Shown: in pieces, positions 40,301 to 50,680 of the stretch
How positions within the stretch are numbered: position 1 is the first letter of the stretch
Layout: each line of letters opens with the position of its first letter
Assembly: GCA_963976765.1 (NCBI GenBank)
Contig: CAXBME010000023.1
Coordinates: 1 to 64,000 of the forward strand
Length of the DNA stretch: 64,000 bases
Direction of reading: 5' to 3'
Source: an uncultured Planctomycetaceae bacterium
Lineage (GTDB): Bacteria; Planctomycetota; Planctomycetia; Planctomycetales; Planctomycetaceae
The notes under the pieces: model-generated
Seen by the model: only the letters and a program-made list of their open reading frames with translations
Databases searched by the model: none
Told to the model about the DNA's origin: nothing
Made by a program: the position numbers and the translations under genes

Positions 40301-40428
40301 GCAAGTTCCAGAGCGACACAGCCGCCGCCGAAGATCGCAAGAAAAAGAGCGATCGGTAGCAGATCGCGCCTTCGCAGCGGTCGTCGCGGTGACGGGAAGG
40401 CTGTACGGAAAACGTCGAGAGCAGTCAA
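37387..40428 (-). CDS. Membrane protein with VWA and glutamine-amidotransferase-like domains
   Basis: N-terminal TMs, VDVSDSV, LITDG, GFLMVGGPDSFGPGGY, ISDG and a C-terminal TM; TTG start overlapping the upstream stop. Confidence 0.85.
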   Translation of the reverse strand: MTALDVFRTAFPSPRRPLRRRDLLPIALFLAIFGGGCVALELAGFVLFVRPQAFFLTIAPVWIWWMFLAGATGLSPARANTALWIRFVMAAGFIVALAEPRAVRTSETLSVVYAVDVSDSVGTAAVDSALEFVARQVSEKPAADEAGLVLFGAEAVVELPPRITFPFDGVVTSQVRRDATNLSEALSMSAAMIPAENNGRIVLITDGTSTEGNVTSRLDELQARGISVDVLPVNYQYENEVWVERLELPQQVKLEQDYEASILISSLGETTSTLVLRENGRVLAKSAVALRPGLNQFSLPVRVDEPGYYEYQAAIEVPDGSDNLSQNNATENFLFVEGTGRILIVTAPGGDSREWQPLAESMRRDGRIVEQQDAFGFPDSPLALMPYDSIVFVNVPVNAFVPAQLRALQNAVRDVGLGFLMVGGPDSFGPGGYHRTPVEEVLPVSMDIEQQELLQKGALVIILHTCEFADGNTWGKRITNQAIRVLSGHDEVGVLVFDKESDAEQWLFRLTPAASFPRLVTLVNRARIGDMPTFATTMEMGLAGLNQSDATIKRMLIISDGDPSAPTNQLLDAFQQAKITVSTVTVSPHGESDTASMKRIADATGGTAYTPNNPAELPAIFVKEARTLKRSMIQETTISPQPGTPSSLLNSLDETPPLHGYVLTTLKPRAESVLLASNLETDSATTAAAPAPILARWKYGLGSTAAFTSDLTTRWGRDWLRWQNFDSAISQLMTSLSRVRKTAQLRLWTHISSGEAVIVAEDFSDSAQRPDGGFTELAAIVNGPDNFSATLSLQQVSPQRYEARLPLPGQGKYQVIVLGSGNGRTETTTGGFIVSYSAEYLRFRSDPIMLRQIQERTGGQLLTINSPADDVFGDRLPRSSTRPVFDWLLITLAILLPIDVGVRRVHLDWSLIRNSLFRRRTNIQQSTLGSLLVTKQQTDSQLESSRSELSIPQRTQPPSHLTTGSAEPTPRQLPQKNEPADAQSTTLAKLLAIKRQQQEDAGSQPDDQHDGNS

Positions 40429-41354
40429 CGTTGCAGCTCCACCAGTCGACGGTTGCCAGTATCGGCGACAACGATGCGACCAGTCGAATCGACGGCCAGT
40501 CCCCACGGCGTTGAGAACTCGCCGACTCCGTGGCCGGTGGCACCGAACGTCCCCAGAGTATTGCCGTGCAGGTCCAGTTGTGTCACTCGATTGCCGCCAT
40601 ACTCAATTGCGAAAAGGTCACCGCCGGTGCCGGCAGACAGGTCGTAAGGATAGTGAAGTCGAGGTCGGTCGGCTTCTGGACCCAGCACCCTGACAAACTG
40701 GCCATCGTCCCGAAACATCTGAATGCGATTGTTGATGGCATCGGCAACGTACAGCAGGCTGTCATGCCAGACGATCCCCATGGGCCGTTGAAACTGGCCA
40801 TCGTCGGTCCCGAAACCACCAAAGGCGACCACGAAGTTGCCGTCGACGTCGAACTTCTGCACGCGATCGTTGCCGCCGTATTCGCAGACGTAGTAGTTGC
40901 CGAGAGAATCCTGAGTGATCGCCGAAAGGTAAACGAACTGCCCCGGTTGCTCGCCCAGTTCGCCGTGCATCGTCAGAACGTTTCCGTCGCGATCGAAGAA
41001 AACGACGCGGTGATAATGAGTGTCCGCGATGCCGATTCGACCATCCTGAAACAGACAGATTCCTTCCGGGTTGCCGACGTCACTTTCCGGCATGGACCAG
41101 TGACGTTTCACCGTGCCGGCACCATCGAACACAAGAATTCGACCGGCATCGTCGAGAACAAACAGGTCGCCGTTTGAATCAAACGCAAGCCCTCGCGGAG
41201 CGGGAATCTGTGGGCCTGCTGCCGGCATTGACCAGTGGCTGATCCTGCTGACTGCGATTCGTGGCGCCGTTGAGACCACCTCGCCGCAGCCGGAACAGGC
41301 CAGCGCAGTGGTCAGCAGGAAGGGGAAAGTGGTGAGCCGAGTGAGCTGCTGCAT
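40425..41354 (-). CDS. NHL-repeat beta-propeller lipoprotein
   Basis: Repeated GQF..P.GI..D....VAD..N.R; lipobox-like LACSGC. Confidence 0.9.
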   Translation of the reverse strand: MQQLTRLTTFPFLLTTALACSGCGEVVSTAPRIAVSRISHWSMPAAGPQIPAPRGLAFDSNGDLFVLDDAGRILVFDGAGTVKRHWSMPESDVGNPEGICLFQDGRIGIADTHYHRVVFFDRDGNVLTMHGELGEQPGQFVYLSAITQDSLGNYYVCEYGGNDRVQKFDVDGNFVVAFGGFGTDDGQFQRPMGIVWHDSLLYVADAINNRIQMFRDDGQFVRVLGPEADRPRLHYPYDLSAGTGGDLFAIEYGGNRVTQLDLHGNTLGTFGATGHGVGEFSTPWGLAVDSTGRIVVADTGNRRLVELQR

Positions 41355-41502
41355 TGGTCCGAGTTGGCTCCGCCAGAATTAAAAAGTCGCCAGCGGTTGG
41401 AAACGAAAACTCGTGGCGAGGTTAGACGTTACGGCAGCCGGATTCAAAATGTCCTGATTAATGTCTCGATTGTTGAATTGAGGCGTTTATGACACGGCCC
41501 GG

Positions 41503-44500
41503 TTAAATCCCTCGGTGACGAAGGCCGCTGCTGGATGACTGGAATCCGGCGGTGACAAAGTCCGGGGCGAGTTCGGATGTGGCTGCGGGGAAGCCATCGA
41601 TTGAGGTCAGCATAATCGGGCCGCGACTTTGGGCCAGTTCCGCGATGGCGTCGGCCAGGGCAAGCGTTGATGACTGCGATTGTTGAGCTGTCTGACGAAA
41701 CGTCGTCAGGGAGTCGAAGTTGCGGTTCAGATAGCCGATGGCGATTCCGCCTTGAACGACAACAAACGCTCCCGCCGATCGTTGCGGTTTCGTCGCTTTC
41801 TCAGTAGCCAGACCGGGCCAGGGGACGACGGTGCCAAACGGATTAGCGGGGTCGACCGCCGACAGCATGACGGTGCCGGACTTTGTCGAATTGTCCGATG
41901 TCGCCAGATTTCTGAGTCGTTCATCGGCTCCCGGAGCTGCAAACTGAGCGGCGCCGAGTCCCTCAATAAAGTAGCCTCGACGGATTTGCCCGGAGTCTTC
42001 AAGGGCACGCAGAATCGGGTACACGGCTGAGAAGCCGCCGGCAAAGTTTTCGGCCGCGACGGATTCGCGAGTGACGATGCCCATTCGGTCGAGCAGTTGC
42101 CGCACCTGCTCCATTTTCCGTTCGGTGGTCGAGAGGGACTCATCTGACGGCGCGACGAGTGACCAGCGACCTTCGGTGCCAGGCAGCAGTGCTGTCCGTT
42201 GAGATCGCATTCGGCCGGAACGTCGGGAGGAAGATCTTCTGCCGGACGGTGTTTGACCGGTTCGCGAACGGGTCGAGGAACTGGAAGTTCGATGAAGTGA
42301 CCGAACCGGTGCCAGTGTGTCGTTGGTGACCTCGCCGTTCCAGACGAGTCTCCACAAGGCGTCAAACACGTCGTTCCGGAATCCGCCGATGCTGGCGTGG
42401 ATTGCGCCGAAGAAAACCGCTCCGTATGAGGAGAGAAATTCGCGGATCTGGTCGGCTGTCTGGTCGTCAGGGTGCTCTGTCTCGTTGTCGTGCGACGGAC
42501 GCAATTGCTCGAAGGCGTCCGCCAGAAACAGAGCGATGCGACCGTCGTTGTTGCCGAGCGTTCCGCAGCCCTGCCAGATAACTTCTCCCGCCGAGCAGAG
42601 TTCGTCCAGCTCGCCCGGTCGATATTCGGGGAGCCGTGCCGGAAGGATGTCGCGTTCGAGGCACGACGCCGGGAGCGGCAGGCCCTGAAGCTGCTCGACG
42701 ACGTCGAGCAATGCTTCTGTACCTTTCCGACGCCGACCGATGCCGTGCCAGTCGATCAGGAATCGCGAGCACGCATCAGCAGAAACGGGTTTGATCTGCT
42801 CCCGGACTCGCGCCAGCGATCGTTGTTTCAGAGTTCGCAGGACGTTCGCGTCGCACCACTGCCTGGCCACGGAGTTGCCTGAAATTGTGTCGGCTGTTGT
42901 GGTCGCTGCGGGGGCGTTGGAAAAGTTGCCCACGATGACTCGGCCCGTCTGTGAAAGTTCGATCAACGTTGCCAGTACCGAGTCTGGATCGATCCCGAAT
43001 CGGTGACAAACATCATCAACAATGAACGGTCCATGAGTTCTGGCGAAGCGGGAGACGAGATCGGCGAGCGGCGAGACAACTGGATCGAGTAATGCTTTTG
43101 CGATTCCCTTTGGCAGGGCTGTATTCAACGCGTCGCGGTAGCGGGATGCATCCTCGACAGCGATCAGCCGTTGTTCGTCGGCAATTTTGATTTCGATGAT
43201 GCGGCGCTGGCTGAGCAGTTCGGCGGTCCATTGAACAGGACCGTCGCCGCTGGCGTCAGCCTTGCACCGTTGAGCAATCTCTTCTCTGGAAAGGTCGCCG
43301 AGATGCAGCAGCAAATCGTGGAGACCGTCGGCGCTTCGGACCGGATACCGGGTGTCGACACGCTGTAACTCGCTACGCAAGTGACGCAGGACGTCAAGGT
43401 CAAGGAGTTGGCGATAGTCGACCTCGCCGAGTAGTTCCTGAAGTTGCAGATGGTCGATGGCCAGAGCCTGCGCTCGACGTTCGGCGAGCGGTGCGTCGGC
43501 GTCGTAAATGAAATTGCCGGTGTAGGAGAACAGGACGGCGGAGGCAAAAGGCGACGGAGTTTCCGTTTGAACATGCCGCACGGCGATGGAATTTTCCTGC
43601 ACGCCGGTCAAAAGAGTCTTCAGGCCAGGCAGATCGAACACGTCGCGCAGACATTCACGATAAGTTTCCAGCATCATCGGAAAACCGGGATACCGGGCCG
43701 CGACAGTCAGCAGGTCTGCGGATTTTCGACGTTGCAGCCACAGCGGCGTCCGTTTGCCGGGTCGGTGGCGCGGCAGCAGTAACGCTCGTGCAGAGTTCTC
43801 GCGAAAGTGCGAGGCGAACAGGGCGGTCGTGCTGAGTTCCCGTACGAGGATATCTTCGATCTCGTCGGCGGCTGGAAAGAGCAGGGCGGTGGATGGAAAT
43901 TCGTCGGCGGCGGGAAGGCGGAAGATGATGCCCTCGTCCGACCACATAACGTCGACCTGTCCGTTGGAAGCTTCGCGCAGACGGCTGACGATGGCTGATG
44001 CCAGCGGCGCGTGAATGCGTGCGCCGAATGACGACAGGACGACGATTCGCCAGTCGCCGACTTCGTCGACACCGGCTTCGATAATGATCGTGCGGTCGCT
44101 GGGGATCTCGCCGGTCGCTTCAATCTGAGCTTCCAGGTAATTGAGCAGGTTCTCGGCGGCCTGGTCGGCGAGGCCGTGATGTTCGATCAGTTGAGTAAGT
44201 GCGCCCTCGCGGTCCATGTCGAGCAGTCGGCGAGCCAGCGAACCGATCGCCTGACCGAATTCGAGAGGTCGTCCTGGACCTTCTCCCCTCCAGAATGGCA
44301 TACGACCGGGTTCGCCGGGAGCCGGTGTGACGAGCACTCGGTCCTGCGTGATTTCGATCACTCGCCAGGAAGACGCTCCCAGTAGAAAGACATCGCCGGG
44401 ATGAATTTCGTGGACCATTTCTTCGTCGAGTTCTCCGACCCGGCTGTTGGCCTCTCCTTCGTTGCCGAGCAGAAACACGCCGTACAGTCCGCGGTCCGGG

Positions 44501-46134
44501 ATCGTGCCAGCGTTGAGGATCGCGACGCGCTGCGAGCCGGAACGCGGGGAAAGTTCGCCGCTGATCCGATCCCAATTGATGCGGGGACGGAGTTCGTAGA
44601 ATTCGTCGGACGGATACCGACCGGACAGAAGGTCGAGCACTCCTTCAAATGACGACCTCGGCAGATCGGCAAACGGGGCACTGCATTGCGCAAGCCGATA
44701 CACCGTGTCCGCAGAAATCGGCCCTTCGGAAACGATTGCCACAATCTGCTGAGCAAGGACGTCGAGAGGATTTCTCGGATAGAAAGTCTCTTCGACTTCT
44801 CCCTTGAGCATTCGATCCGAAGCGGCAGCGCAGGCAAGAAGGTCACCTCGGTAACGGGGAAAAATGATGCCTTTCGAAACGGCTCCGACGGAATGACCCG
44901 ATCGACCAATCCGTTGCAGGCCGGAAGCGATCGACGGCGGAGCGGCAATTTGAATCACCAGATCAACTGCCCCCATGTCGATGCCGAGTTCCAGGGACGA
45001 CGTCGCCACGATCGCCGGCAACTGACCCTGTTTGAGTCGAGATTCGATATCGAACCGAGCATCCCTGGCCAGCGAACCGTGATGCGCGAGCGCGATTTCT
45101 TCGCCAGCTTCGTCGTTGATCGATCCGGCAAGTCGTTCGGCAAGACGGCGGCTGTTGACAAAGATCATCGTCGAGCGGTACGACCGGATCAGCTCGACCA
45201 GTCGCGGGTGAATCGCGGGCCAGATGGAAGCGATGCCTGGCTGTGGATCCCGCTGGAGAGCCCGGCCTGTCTGCTTTTTCGGTTGAGCCTCGGCCAGTCG
45301 CGACATGTCTTCGACCGGGACTTCGATGGTGATGTCGAGCTGCCGTTTTCTGCCCGCTTCGACAATCGTGACGTTTCGCGGTTGGATGGCCGAGGGATTT
45401 TCCGAATCGTTGATTGCCGGTTCAAAGTCGGCGCCGCCGAGCAGTCTGGCAATTTCGTGAAGAGGGCGTTGTGTCGCGGACAAACCAATTCGCTGCGCGG
45501 CCGGACGGTTGGGGGCTGTTCGGCGTCGCAATTCTTCGAGCCGCTCCAGAGTGACGAAGAGGTGCGAACCTCGCTTCGACGCGACCACCGAGTGAATTTC
45601 GTCGATGATCACCGTGTCGACGTTGCGAAGAATCTCTCGCGCTTTTGATGTCAGGATCAGATAGAGCGATTCGGGAGTCGTGATCAGAATGTCGGGCGGC
45701 GTTTTCGCAATCCGGCGGCGGTCGGCGGGATCGGTATCACCACTGCGGATGGCGACCGTTGGTAACTGGTAAGGGATGCTGGCGGCCTCAGCGGCTTGCT
45801 GGACGCCTTGTAAAGGCCGCTGAAGATTTCGTTCGACGTCAACGCCCAGTGCTTTGAGTGGAGAAATGTAGAGCACCGACACGCCTCGGTTTTCGCCGGT
45901 GGAATCGGCTTCGAAACTGACCTGGAAATTTCGATCAGCACACACGCGTTCAAACATCAGCCGGTTGATTGTGACCAGAAAGGCAGCCAGCGTTTTACCG
46001 GACCCTGTCGGCGCCAGAAGAAGCGTGTGGTCACCGCGTTTGATAGCCGGCCAGGCTTCGAGCTGCGCACGAGTCGGCTCGCCCAGCTCTTCCGAGAACC
46101 ATTGATGGACGATTGGATTGAAGAAGTCGAGCAT
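41503..46134 (-). CDS. lhr: Lhr-family ATP-dependent helicase (long form)
   Basis: APTGSGKT, DEIH, GLSAT, TSSLELGID and QRIGRSGH; C-terminal RRGYFIEGLGAAQFA and AVDPANPFG. Confidence 0.93.
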   Translation of the reverse strand: MLDFFNPIVHQWFSEELGEPTRAQLEAWPAIKRGDHTLLLAPTGSGKTLAAFLVTINRLMFERVCADRNFQVSFEADSTGENRGVSVLYISPLKALGVDVERNLQRPLQGVQQAAEAASIPYQLPTVAIRSGDTDPADRRRIAKTPPDILITTPESLYLILTSKAREILRNVDTVIIDEIHSVVASKRGSHLFVTLERLEELRRRTAPNRPAAQRIGLSATQRPLHEIARLLGGADFEPAINDSENPSAIQPRNVTIVEAGRKRQLDITIEVPVEDMSRLAEAQPKKQTGRALQRDPQPGIASIWPAIHPRLVELIRSYRSTMIFVNSRRLAERLAGSINDEAGEEIALAHHGSLARDARFDIESRLKQGQLPAIVATSSLELGIDMGAVDLVIQIAAPPSIASGLQRIGRSGHSVGAVSKGIIFPRYRGDLLACAAASDRMLKGEVEETFYPRNPLDVLAQQIVAIVSEGPISADTVYRLAQCSAPFADLPRSSFEGVLDLLSGRYPSDEFYELRPRINWDRISGELSPRSGSQRVAILNAGTIPDRGLYGVFLLGNEGEANSRVGELDEEMVHEIHPGDVFLLGASSWRVIEITQDRVLVTPAPGEPGRMPFWRGEGPGRPLEFGQAIGSLARRLLDMDREGALTQLIEHHGLADQAAENLLNYLEAQIEATGEIPSDRTIIIEAGVDEVGDWRIVVLSSFGARIHAPLASAIVSRLREASNGQVDVMWSDEGIIFRLPAADEFPSTALLFPAADEIEDILVRELSTTALFASHFRENSARALLLPRHRPGKRTPLWLQRRKSADLLTVAARYPGFPMMLETYRECLRDVFDLPGLKTLLTGVQENSIAVRHVQTETPSPFASAVLFSYTGNFIYDADAPLAERRAQALAIDHLQLQELLGEVDYRQLLDLDVLRHLRSELQRVDTRYPVRSADGLHDLLLHLGDLSREEIAQRCKADASGDGPVQWTAELLSQRRIIEIKIADEQRLIAVEDASRYRDALNTALPKGIAKALLDPVVSPLADLVSRFARTHGPFIVDDVCHRFGIDPDSVLATLIELSQTGRVIVGNFSNAPAATTTADTISGNSVARQWCDANVLRTLKQRSLARVREQIKPVSADACSRFLIDWHGIGRRRKGTEALLDVVEQLQGLPLPASCLERDILPARLPEYRPGELDELCSAGEVIWQGCGTLGNNDGRIALFLADAFEQLRPSHDNETEHPDDQTADQIREFLSSYGAVFFGAIHASIGGFRNDVFDALWRLVWNGEVTNDTLAPVRSLHRTSSSSTRSRTGQTPSGRRSSSRRSGRMRSQRTALLPGTEGRWSLVAPSDESLSTTERKMEQVRQLLDRMGIVTRESVAAENFAGGFSAVYPILRALEDSGQIRRGYFIEGLGAAQFAAPGADERLRNLATSDNSTKSGTVMLSAVDPANPFGTVVPWPGLATEKATKPQRSAGAFVVVQGGIAIGYLNRNFDSLTTFRQTAQQSQSSTLALADAIAELAQSRGPIMLTSIDGFPAATSELAPDFVTAGFQSSSSGLRHRGI

Positions 46135-46452
46135 CGAATTCGGAGCACGCGGGACAGGGCGATGGCGACCAGCCGTGACTCAACATTCGGCGGTGCGATA
46201 ACCGAAGGAGTATAGGAAGGTTCGTGCAGCAACGTCGCGGTCGCTGGAAGTTTGAGGTGCCGATGAGAGTGTTTGTGGACTCTGGACGGATTTGTCAGTC
46301 GGAACGAACTGCGAACTGAATCCGGATGTCTGTTGCGTTGCCGGTGCCGTTTAAGGCGGACGCCGGTGACGATATCATGCGTCACAAAAGCGTTAGCCCG
46401 GAATGAAAGCGGAGCTGCGGAACGCTCCTGTCCTGACAGAAAAGACTGCTCG

Positions 46453-48237
46453 ATGCCCTGGGAAGCCTGGTTTACGGTTGGAGTTGTCTTTCTACTCATT
46501 GTCGGCCTTGCGCGGAACTGGGGTCCGCCGGATCTGCTGGCTCTGGGCAGCCTGACTCTGTTGATCGTTGTTGGCAGACTGAGCGGTTCGGCGCTGCTGC
46601 CGGCTCCTGAAGAGGCCATCGCGAATTTTGGCTCGACCGCTCTGGTTACGGTCGGCGTTTTATTTGTCATTGTTACGGGGCTGACTCAAACCGGAGCGAT
46701 GCTGCTTCTTACTCAGCGTTTGCTGGGCCGGCCCAGGTCAGAGATGCAGGCTCAGCTTCGATTGTTGCCGCCGGTTGCGGCGCTGAGTGCCTTCCTGAAC
46801 AACACGCCGATCGTCGCGATGTTTCTGCCGGTTGTGGATGATCTTTGCCGCAAGACAGGTCTGAGTCAGTCGCGGTTGTTTCTGCCGCTCAGCTATGCGG
46901 CAACGTTTGGCGGCCTGTGCACGCTGATAGGCACCAGTACCAACCTGATTATCAACGGGGAGATCGCTCGCACGGGCTTGAAACCGCTCGGCATGTTCGA
47001 GCTGGGCTGGGTGGGAATTCCGTGTGCCATCGCAGGGATGATCTACGTTCTGCTGTTCAGCCGAATTCTTCTGCCGGATCGGCGGCCGGTGATCAGTCTT
47101 AGTGATGACCCGCGACAGTACACGGTCGAGATGACGGTTCAGCCGAGTGGCCCATTGGTCGGTCAGAGTGTCGAAAAAGCCGGGTTGCGGCATTTGCCGG
47201 GGCTGTTCCTGGCGGAGATCGCGCGGGGTAGTGATGTGATTCCCGCCGTCGCTCCGACGGAGAAACTTCAGGCGGGAGACCGGCTGGTCTTTGTCGGGAT
47301 CATCGAATCCGTGGTCGATCTGAAGAAAATCCGGGGCCTGGTTCCGTCGGACGGGCAGGTCGCGAAGGTCGACGTTCCGGCGACTCAACGATGCCTGATC
47401 GAAGCTGTCGTTTCGAACCGCTGCCCGCTGATCGGCAAGACAATTCGCGACGGCCAGTTTCGATCGACCTACAACGCAGCCGTGCTGGCGATTGCTCGAA
47501 GCGGCGAGCGGATAAACGCCAAGCTGGGCGACGTCGTTCTGCAGCCAGGCGACACGCTGCTGCTGGAATCGCATATGGCGTTCGAGCAGCAGCAGCGGAA
47601 TTCGCAGGACTTTTTTCTGGTAAGCAGTGTGGAGAATTCGGCTCCCATTCGTCATGGTCAGGCGGGGCTGGCACTTGGAATTATGGTGCTGATGGTCGTT
47701 GTGGTGACGATCGGCGCGCTGGACATCATGACGGCCGCACTGGTGGCTGCCGGTCTGATGGTGGGGACTCGCTGCTGCACAGGTTCTGAAGGTCGCCGTA
47801 GCGTTGATATTTCGCTTCTGCTGGTGATCGGTTCGGCGCTCGGGCTTGGCAAAGCGATGGAGACCACCGGAGCCGCCGAGACAATTGCCGAGGCGCTGAT
47901 CAACCTGGCTGGCAGCAATGAACGAGCGGTTCTGGTCGCCATCTACTTCGTCACGGTGCTGTTTACCGAGCTGATCACCAACAACGCCGCCGCTGTGCTA
48001 ATGTTTCCGATCGCTCTGGCAGCCGCCAGGAAACTGGGAGTCGACGACCCCAGACCGATGATTGTGGCCGTGATGATCGCGGCGTCGGCAGCGTTTGTGA
48101 CTCCGTTCGGGTATCAGACAAACCTCATGGTCTATGGCCCCGGCGGGTATCGATTTTCCGACTACGTCCGCTTCGGCCTGCCGTTGAGCCTGATGTTCAT
48201 GACGATCTGCGTCATTCTGGTTCCGCTGATCTGGTGA
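46453..48237 (+). CDS. SLC13/citrate-type transporter with TrkA-C domains
   Basis: SAFLNNTP, TLIGTSTNL, ELITNNAAA and TPFGYQTNLMV. Confidence 0.92.
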   Translation: MPWEAWFTVGVVFLLIVGLARNWGPPDLLALGSLTLLIVVGRLSGSALLPAPEEAIANFGSTALVTVGVLFVIVTGLTQTGAMLLLTQRLLGRPRSEMQAQLRLLPPVAALSAFLNNTPIVAMFLPVVDDLCRKTGLSQSRLFLPLSYAATFGGLCTLIGTSTNLIINGEIARTGLKPLGMFELGWVGIPCAIAGMIYVLLFSRILLPDRRPVISLSDDPRQYTVEMTVQPSGPLVGQSVEKAGLRHLPGLFLAEIARGSDVIPAVAPTEKLQAGDRLVFVGIIESVVDLKKIRGLVPSDGQVAKVDVPATQRCLIEAVVSNRCPLIGKTIRDGQFRSTYNAAVLAIARSGERINAKLGDVVLQPGDTLLLESHMAFEQQQRNSQDFFLVSSVENSAPIRHGQAGLALGIMVLMVVVVTIGALDIMTAALVAAGLMVGTRCCTGSEGRRSVDISLLLVIGSALGLGKAMETTGAAETIAEALINLAGSNERAVLVAIYFVTVLFTELITNNAAAVLMFPIALAAARKLGVDDPRPMIVAVMIAASAAFVTPFGYQTNLMVYGPGGYRFSDYVRFGLPLSLMFMTICVILVPLIW

Positions 48238-48379
48238 GTTTGCGGATTCGCAACCCATATTGTCGCGAAATTGGCTCGATCCTATTCTTCGCTCGAATCT
48301 CACGTCTGGAACGTTCACATCCCGGAGTGAGGTTGAACCGGGTCGCATTTTGTTTGGCATACCCACGGAAAGGACTCCG

Positions 48380-49186
48380 ATGCCGACTGCCGTTGCCGAG
48401 AATCAACTCACCGATCCAGACTTCTGGAATAAAAAATACGTTCCGAAAACGTCTGGAGCGTTCAACTGGCTGAAGCCGCTGGTCCGACGAAAACGCCACC
48501 GGATGCTTGCCGGGCTAATGGATCAAATGGGCAAGCCTGCTGGCGATATCCTGGAACTCGGATGCGCTCCCGGCGAAGCGCTGCTGCACCTGCACACCGT
48601 GCGACCGCAGCACCAGTTGCACGGTATCGATTATTCCGAAGTCGGCATGAAATCGGCTCAGGAATTTCTTTCTCGGCAGGGTGTCCAGGCGACGATCCAT
48701 TTCGGAGACTTTCGCGACGTCGAGCTTCCTCAGAAGTTCGACATGGTGATGTCTTTCGGGTTGATCGAACATTTCGACGACCCGGTGCCGGTCATTCGAG
48801 ATCACGCTCGACAGTGCCTTCCTGGCGGTCGAGTTGCGATTACGGTGCCCAACTTCGCGACCCCCGTAAATCGATTCCTGATGAAGCATGTCGATCCGCC
48901 GGGTTACGCCGGTCACAACCTGGCGATCATGAACTGCGACGCGCTGCGGGCAGCATTCGAAGCTGCCGGTCTGAAGAATGTCAAAGTGGGCGCCGCACAA
49001 GGTCCGAGAATCTATCCCGGTGGTGATCGCAGCCTGCTTGTCGGTCGAATCAATCGGTTCGTCTCAAAATTCTGGAACCTCGCTGCCTGCATCTGCCCGA
49101 TCAACGCCCCGTGGAACTACACGTTGTGGGCCGTTGGGCAGGTGCCTGACGAAGGCTTGCAGACTGCGGACAACAAGGCCGCCTGA
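48380..49186 (+). CDS. Class I SAM-dependent methyltransferase
   Basis: ILELGCAPG, GIDYS and FDMVMSFGLIEHF. Confidence 0.9.
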   Translation: MPTAVAENQLTDPDFWNKKYVPKTSGAFNWLKPLVRRKRHRMLAGLMDQMGKPAGDILELGCAPGEALLHLHTVRPQHQLHGIDYSEVGMKSAQEFLSRQGVQATIHFGDFRDVELPQKFDMVMSFGLIEHFDDPVPVIRDHARQCLPGGRVAITVPNFATPVNRFLMKHVDPPGYAGHNLAIMNCDALRAAFEAAGLKNVKVGAAQGPRIYPGGDRSLLVGRINRFVSKFWNLAACICPINAPWNYTLWAVGQVPDEGLQTADNKAA

Positions 49187-49290
49187 TTGTCGAAGGTTGC
49201 GCTTCGTCGGCCAACGCTGCGATTTTCAATCAGCATGATCGTCGGCCTCTTCCAGTCGATAGAAAAATGGACGTTGCCGGTCGTCATTCG

Positions 49291-50244
49291 TCAGAAGTCG
49301 CCGAGTACTTCGTCATTCTGCATGGAACCCAGCGCGGCGAAGAGTTTCTTATCGATCGAGTCTGCAATGAAACGAATTGCCCCGTCGGCAAGTCCGACGT
49401 GAACGCCGCCGACATGTTCGCTGGCGGGTTCTTCGTAGAAGTTGCTGTTCGGACCTCGGCAGGCGTTGCTGCACGTTGAAAAGATCGTTGGAGAACCGCC
49501 AATGGCCCAGCCGTCCTGGCTGAAGTTGCCCGTCCCAATATCCAGCCGATCGAGTTCCCCGATCATAATCGTGTTGCTCAGTCCGTCCGTAACCTCAGGA
49601 ATTCGCGTGGCCGAGTTCACTCGGAACATGCCCTTGCAAGGAGCTTCCGGGCGGTTGCCGTTGGCGACTCGCCAGAACTCGTGAGTGCCACAATCGTGGA
49701 ACCCGTTGCACGCTCCGAGACTTCCGCCGTAGTCGGTGCCGCCTTTGCTCCAGCCTTGAAACATGCGGGCGTCACTTCTGGCATCGTTGCGACGGGACGG
49801 GCAGTAGAAAAAGGGGATGTCGGTCTCGCCGACGGCTCGGTTTCCGGACGGACTGAGGCCAAAGTTCCACTGTTCGTAAAGCGTGTTCATCTCGACGTAC
49901 GGCAGGATCTGCAACATCCAGCTTGTCCCGTGAACGCCGGCCCCCGATTGGGCCTCCGTCCACGAATCCGACGCTCCGTATCCAATGCCCAGGCTGCAGA
50001 TCACGACAGTCGCCGTCGGATCGACTGTGATGACACCGGCGGGGAATGTCGTGTGAGTTTCTTCGTAGTTGTGCAGGGCAAGGGCCAGCTGCTTCAGATT
50101 GTTCTTGCACTGCGCCCGCCGTGCGGCTTCACGAGCCTGCTGAACGGCCGGCAACAACAGGGCAACCAGAATGGCGATAATCGCAATCACTACGAGCAGC
50201 TCGATCAGCGTGAATCCACGTCGAGGAATTGCGGGTGTTCTCAT
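49291..50244 (-). CDS. DUF1559 prepilin-type N-terminal cleavage/methylation protein
   Basis: [51 protein letters not shown].....ADG. Confidence 0.95.
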   Translation of the reverse strand: MRTPAIPRRGFTLIELLVVIAIIAILVALLLPAVQQAREAARRAQCKNNLKQLALALHNYEETHTTFPAGVITVDPTATVVICSLGIGYGASDSWTEAQSGAGVHGTSWMLQILPYVEMNTLYEQWNFGLSPSGNRAVGETDIPFFYCPSRRNDARSDARMFQGWSKGGTDYGGSLGACNGFHDCGTHEFWRVANGNRPEAPCKGMFRVNSATRIPEVTDGLSNTIMIGELDRLDIGTGNFSQDGWAIGGSPTIFSTCSNACRGPNSNFYEEPASEHVGGVHVGLADGAIRFIADSIDKKLFAALGSMQNDEVLGDF

Positions 50245-50680
50245 GGTGAAGCCCTGGTGATTTGTGGAGCCATGGTCATCAGTTTGAGTCGCTGCGTTCA
50301 TTAGAACGCGGAGGATATTGAATTCGATCGTTTCAGGTTCCTCGCTGCCTGACGACGGTTGCGACGGAGACAACTGTAGATAGTGGATCGAAACGTGAAA
50401 CGCCTGCTCGCGACAACAGATTCTCGCTTCGGAGCCATCGTTACAACTGCAACAGCCGGATTCTGTTGCCAGACGTTCGCTTTGTGTCTGCCCGGTCAGT
50501 TCAGCGTGGGGGCGTTTCTGGTCTATGATCTGGATGTTGTTGCAGTTTGCGCAGACTCTTCAGTCTGACATTCAGTTTAGACTGCAACGTTTATGACGGT
50601 TTGTTCCGGCTTGCGGCCAGCTTGTGAGTGGTTGTTTGTCGAAGCGATGCCTCGAGCATCGAAATCTGGAGAGACGGATC

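Noticed and set aside
41503..46134. Lhr helicase as part of a defence system
   Set aside because: Ordinary long Lhr in a housekeeping context, outside the element
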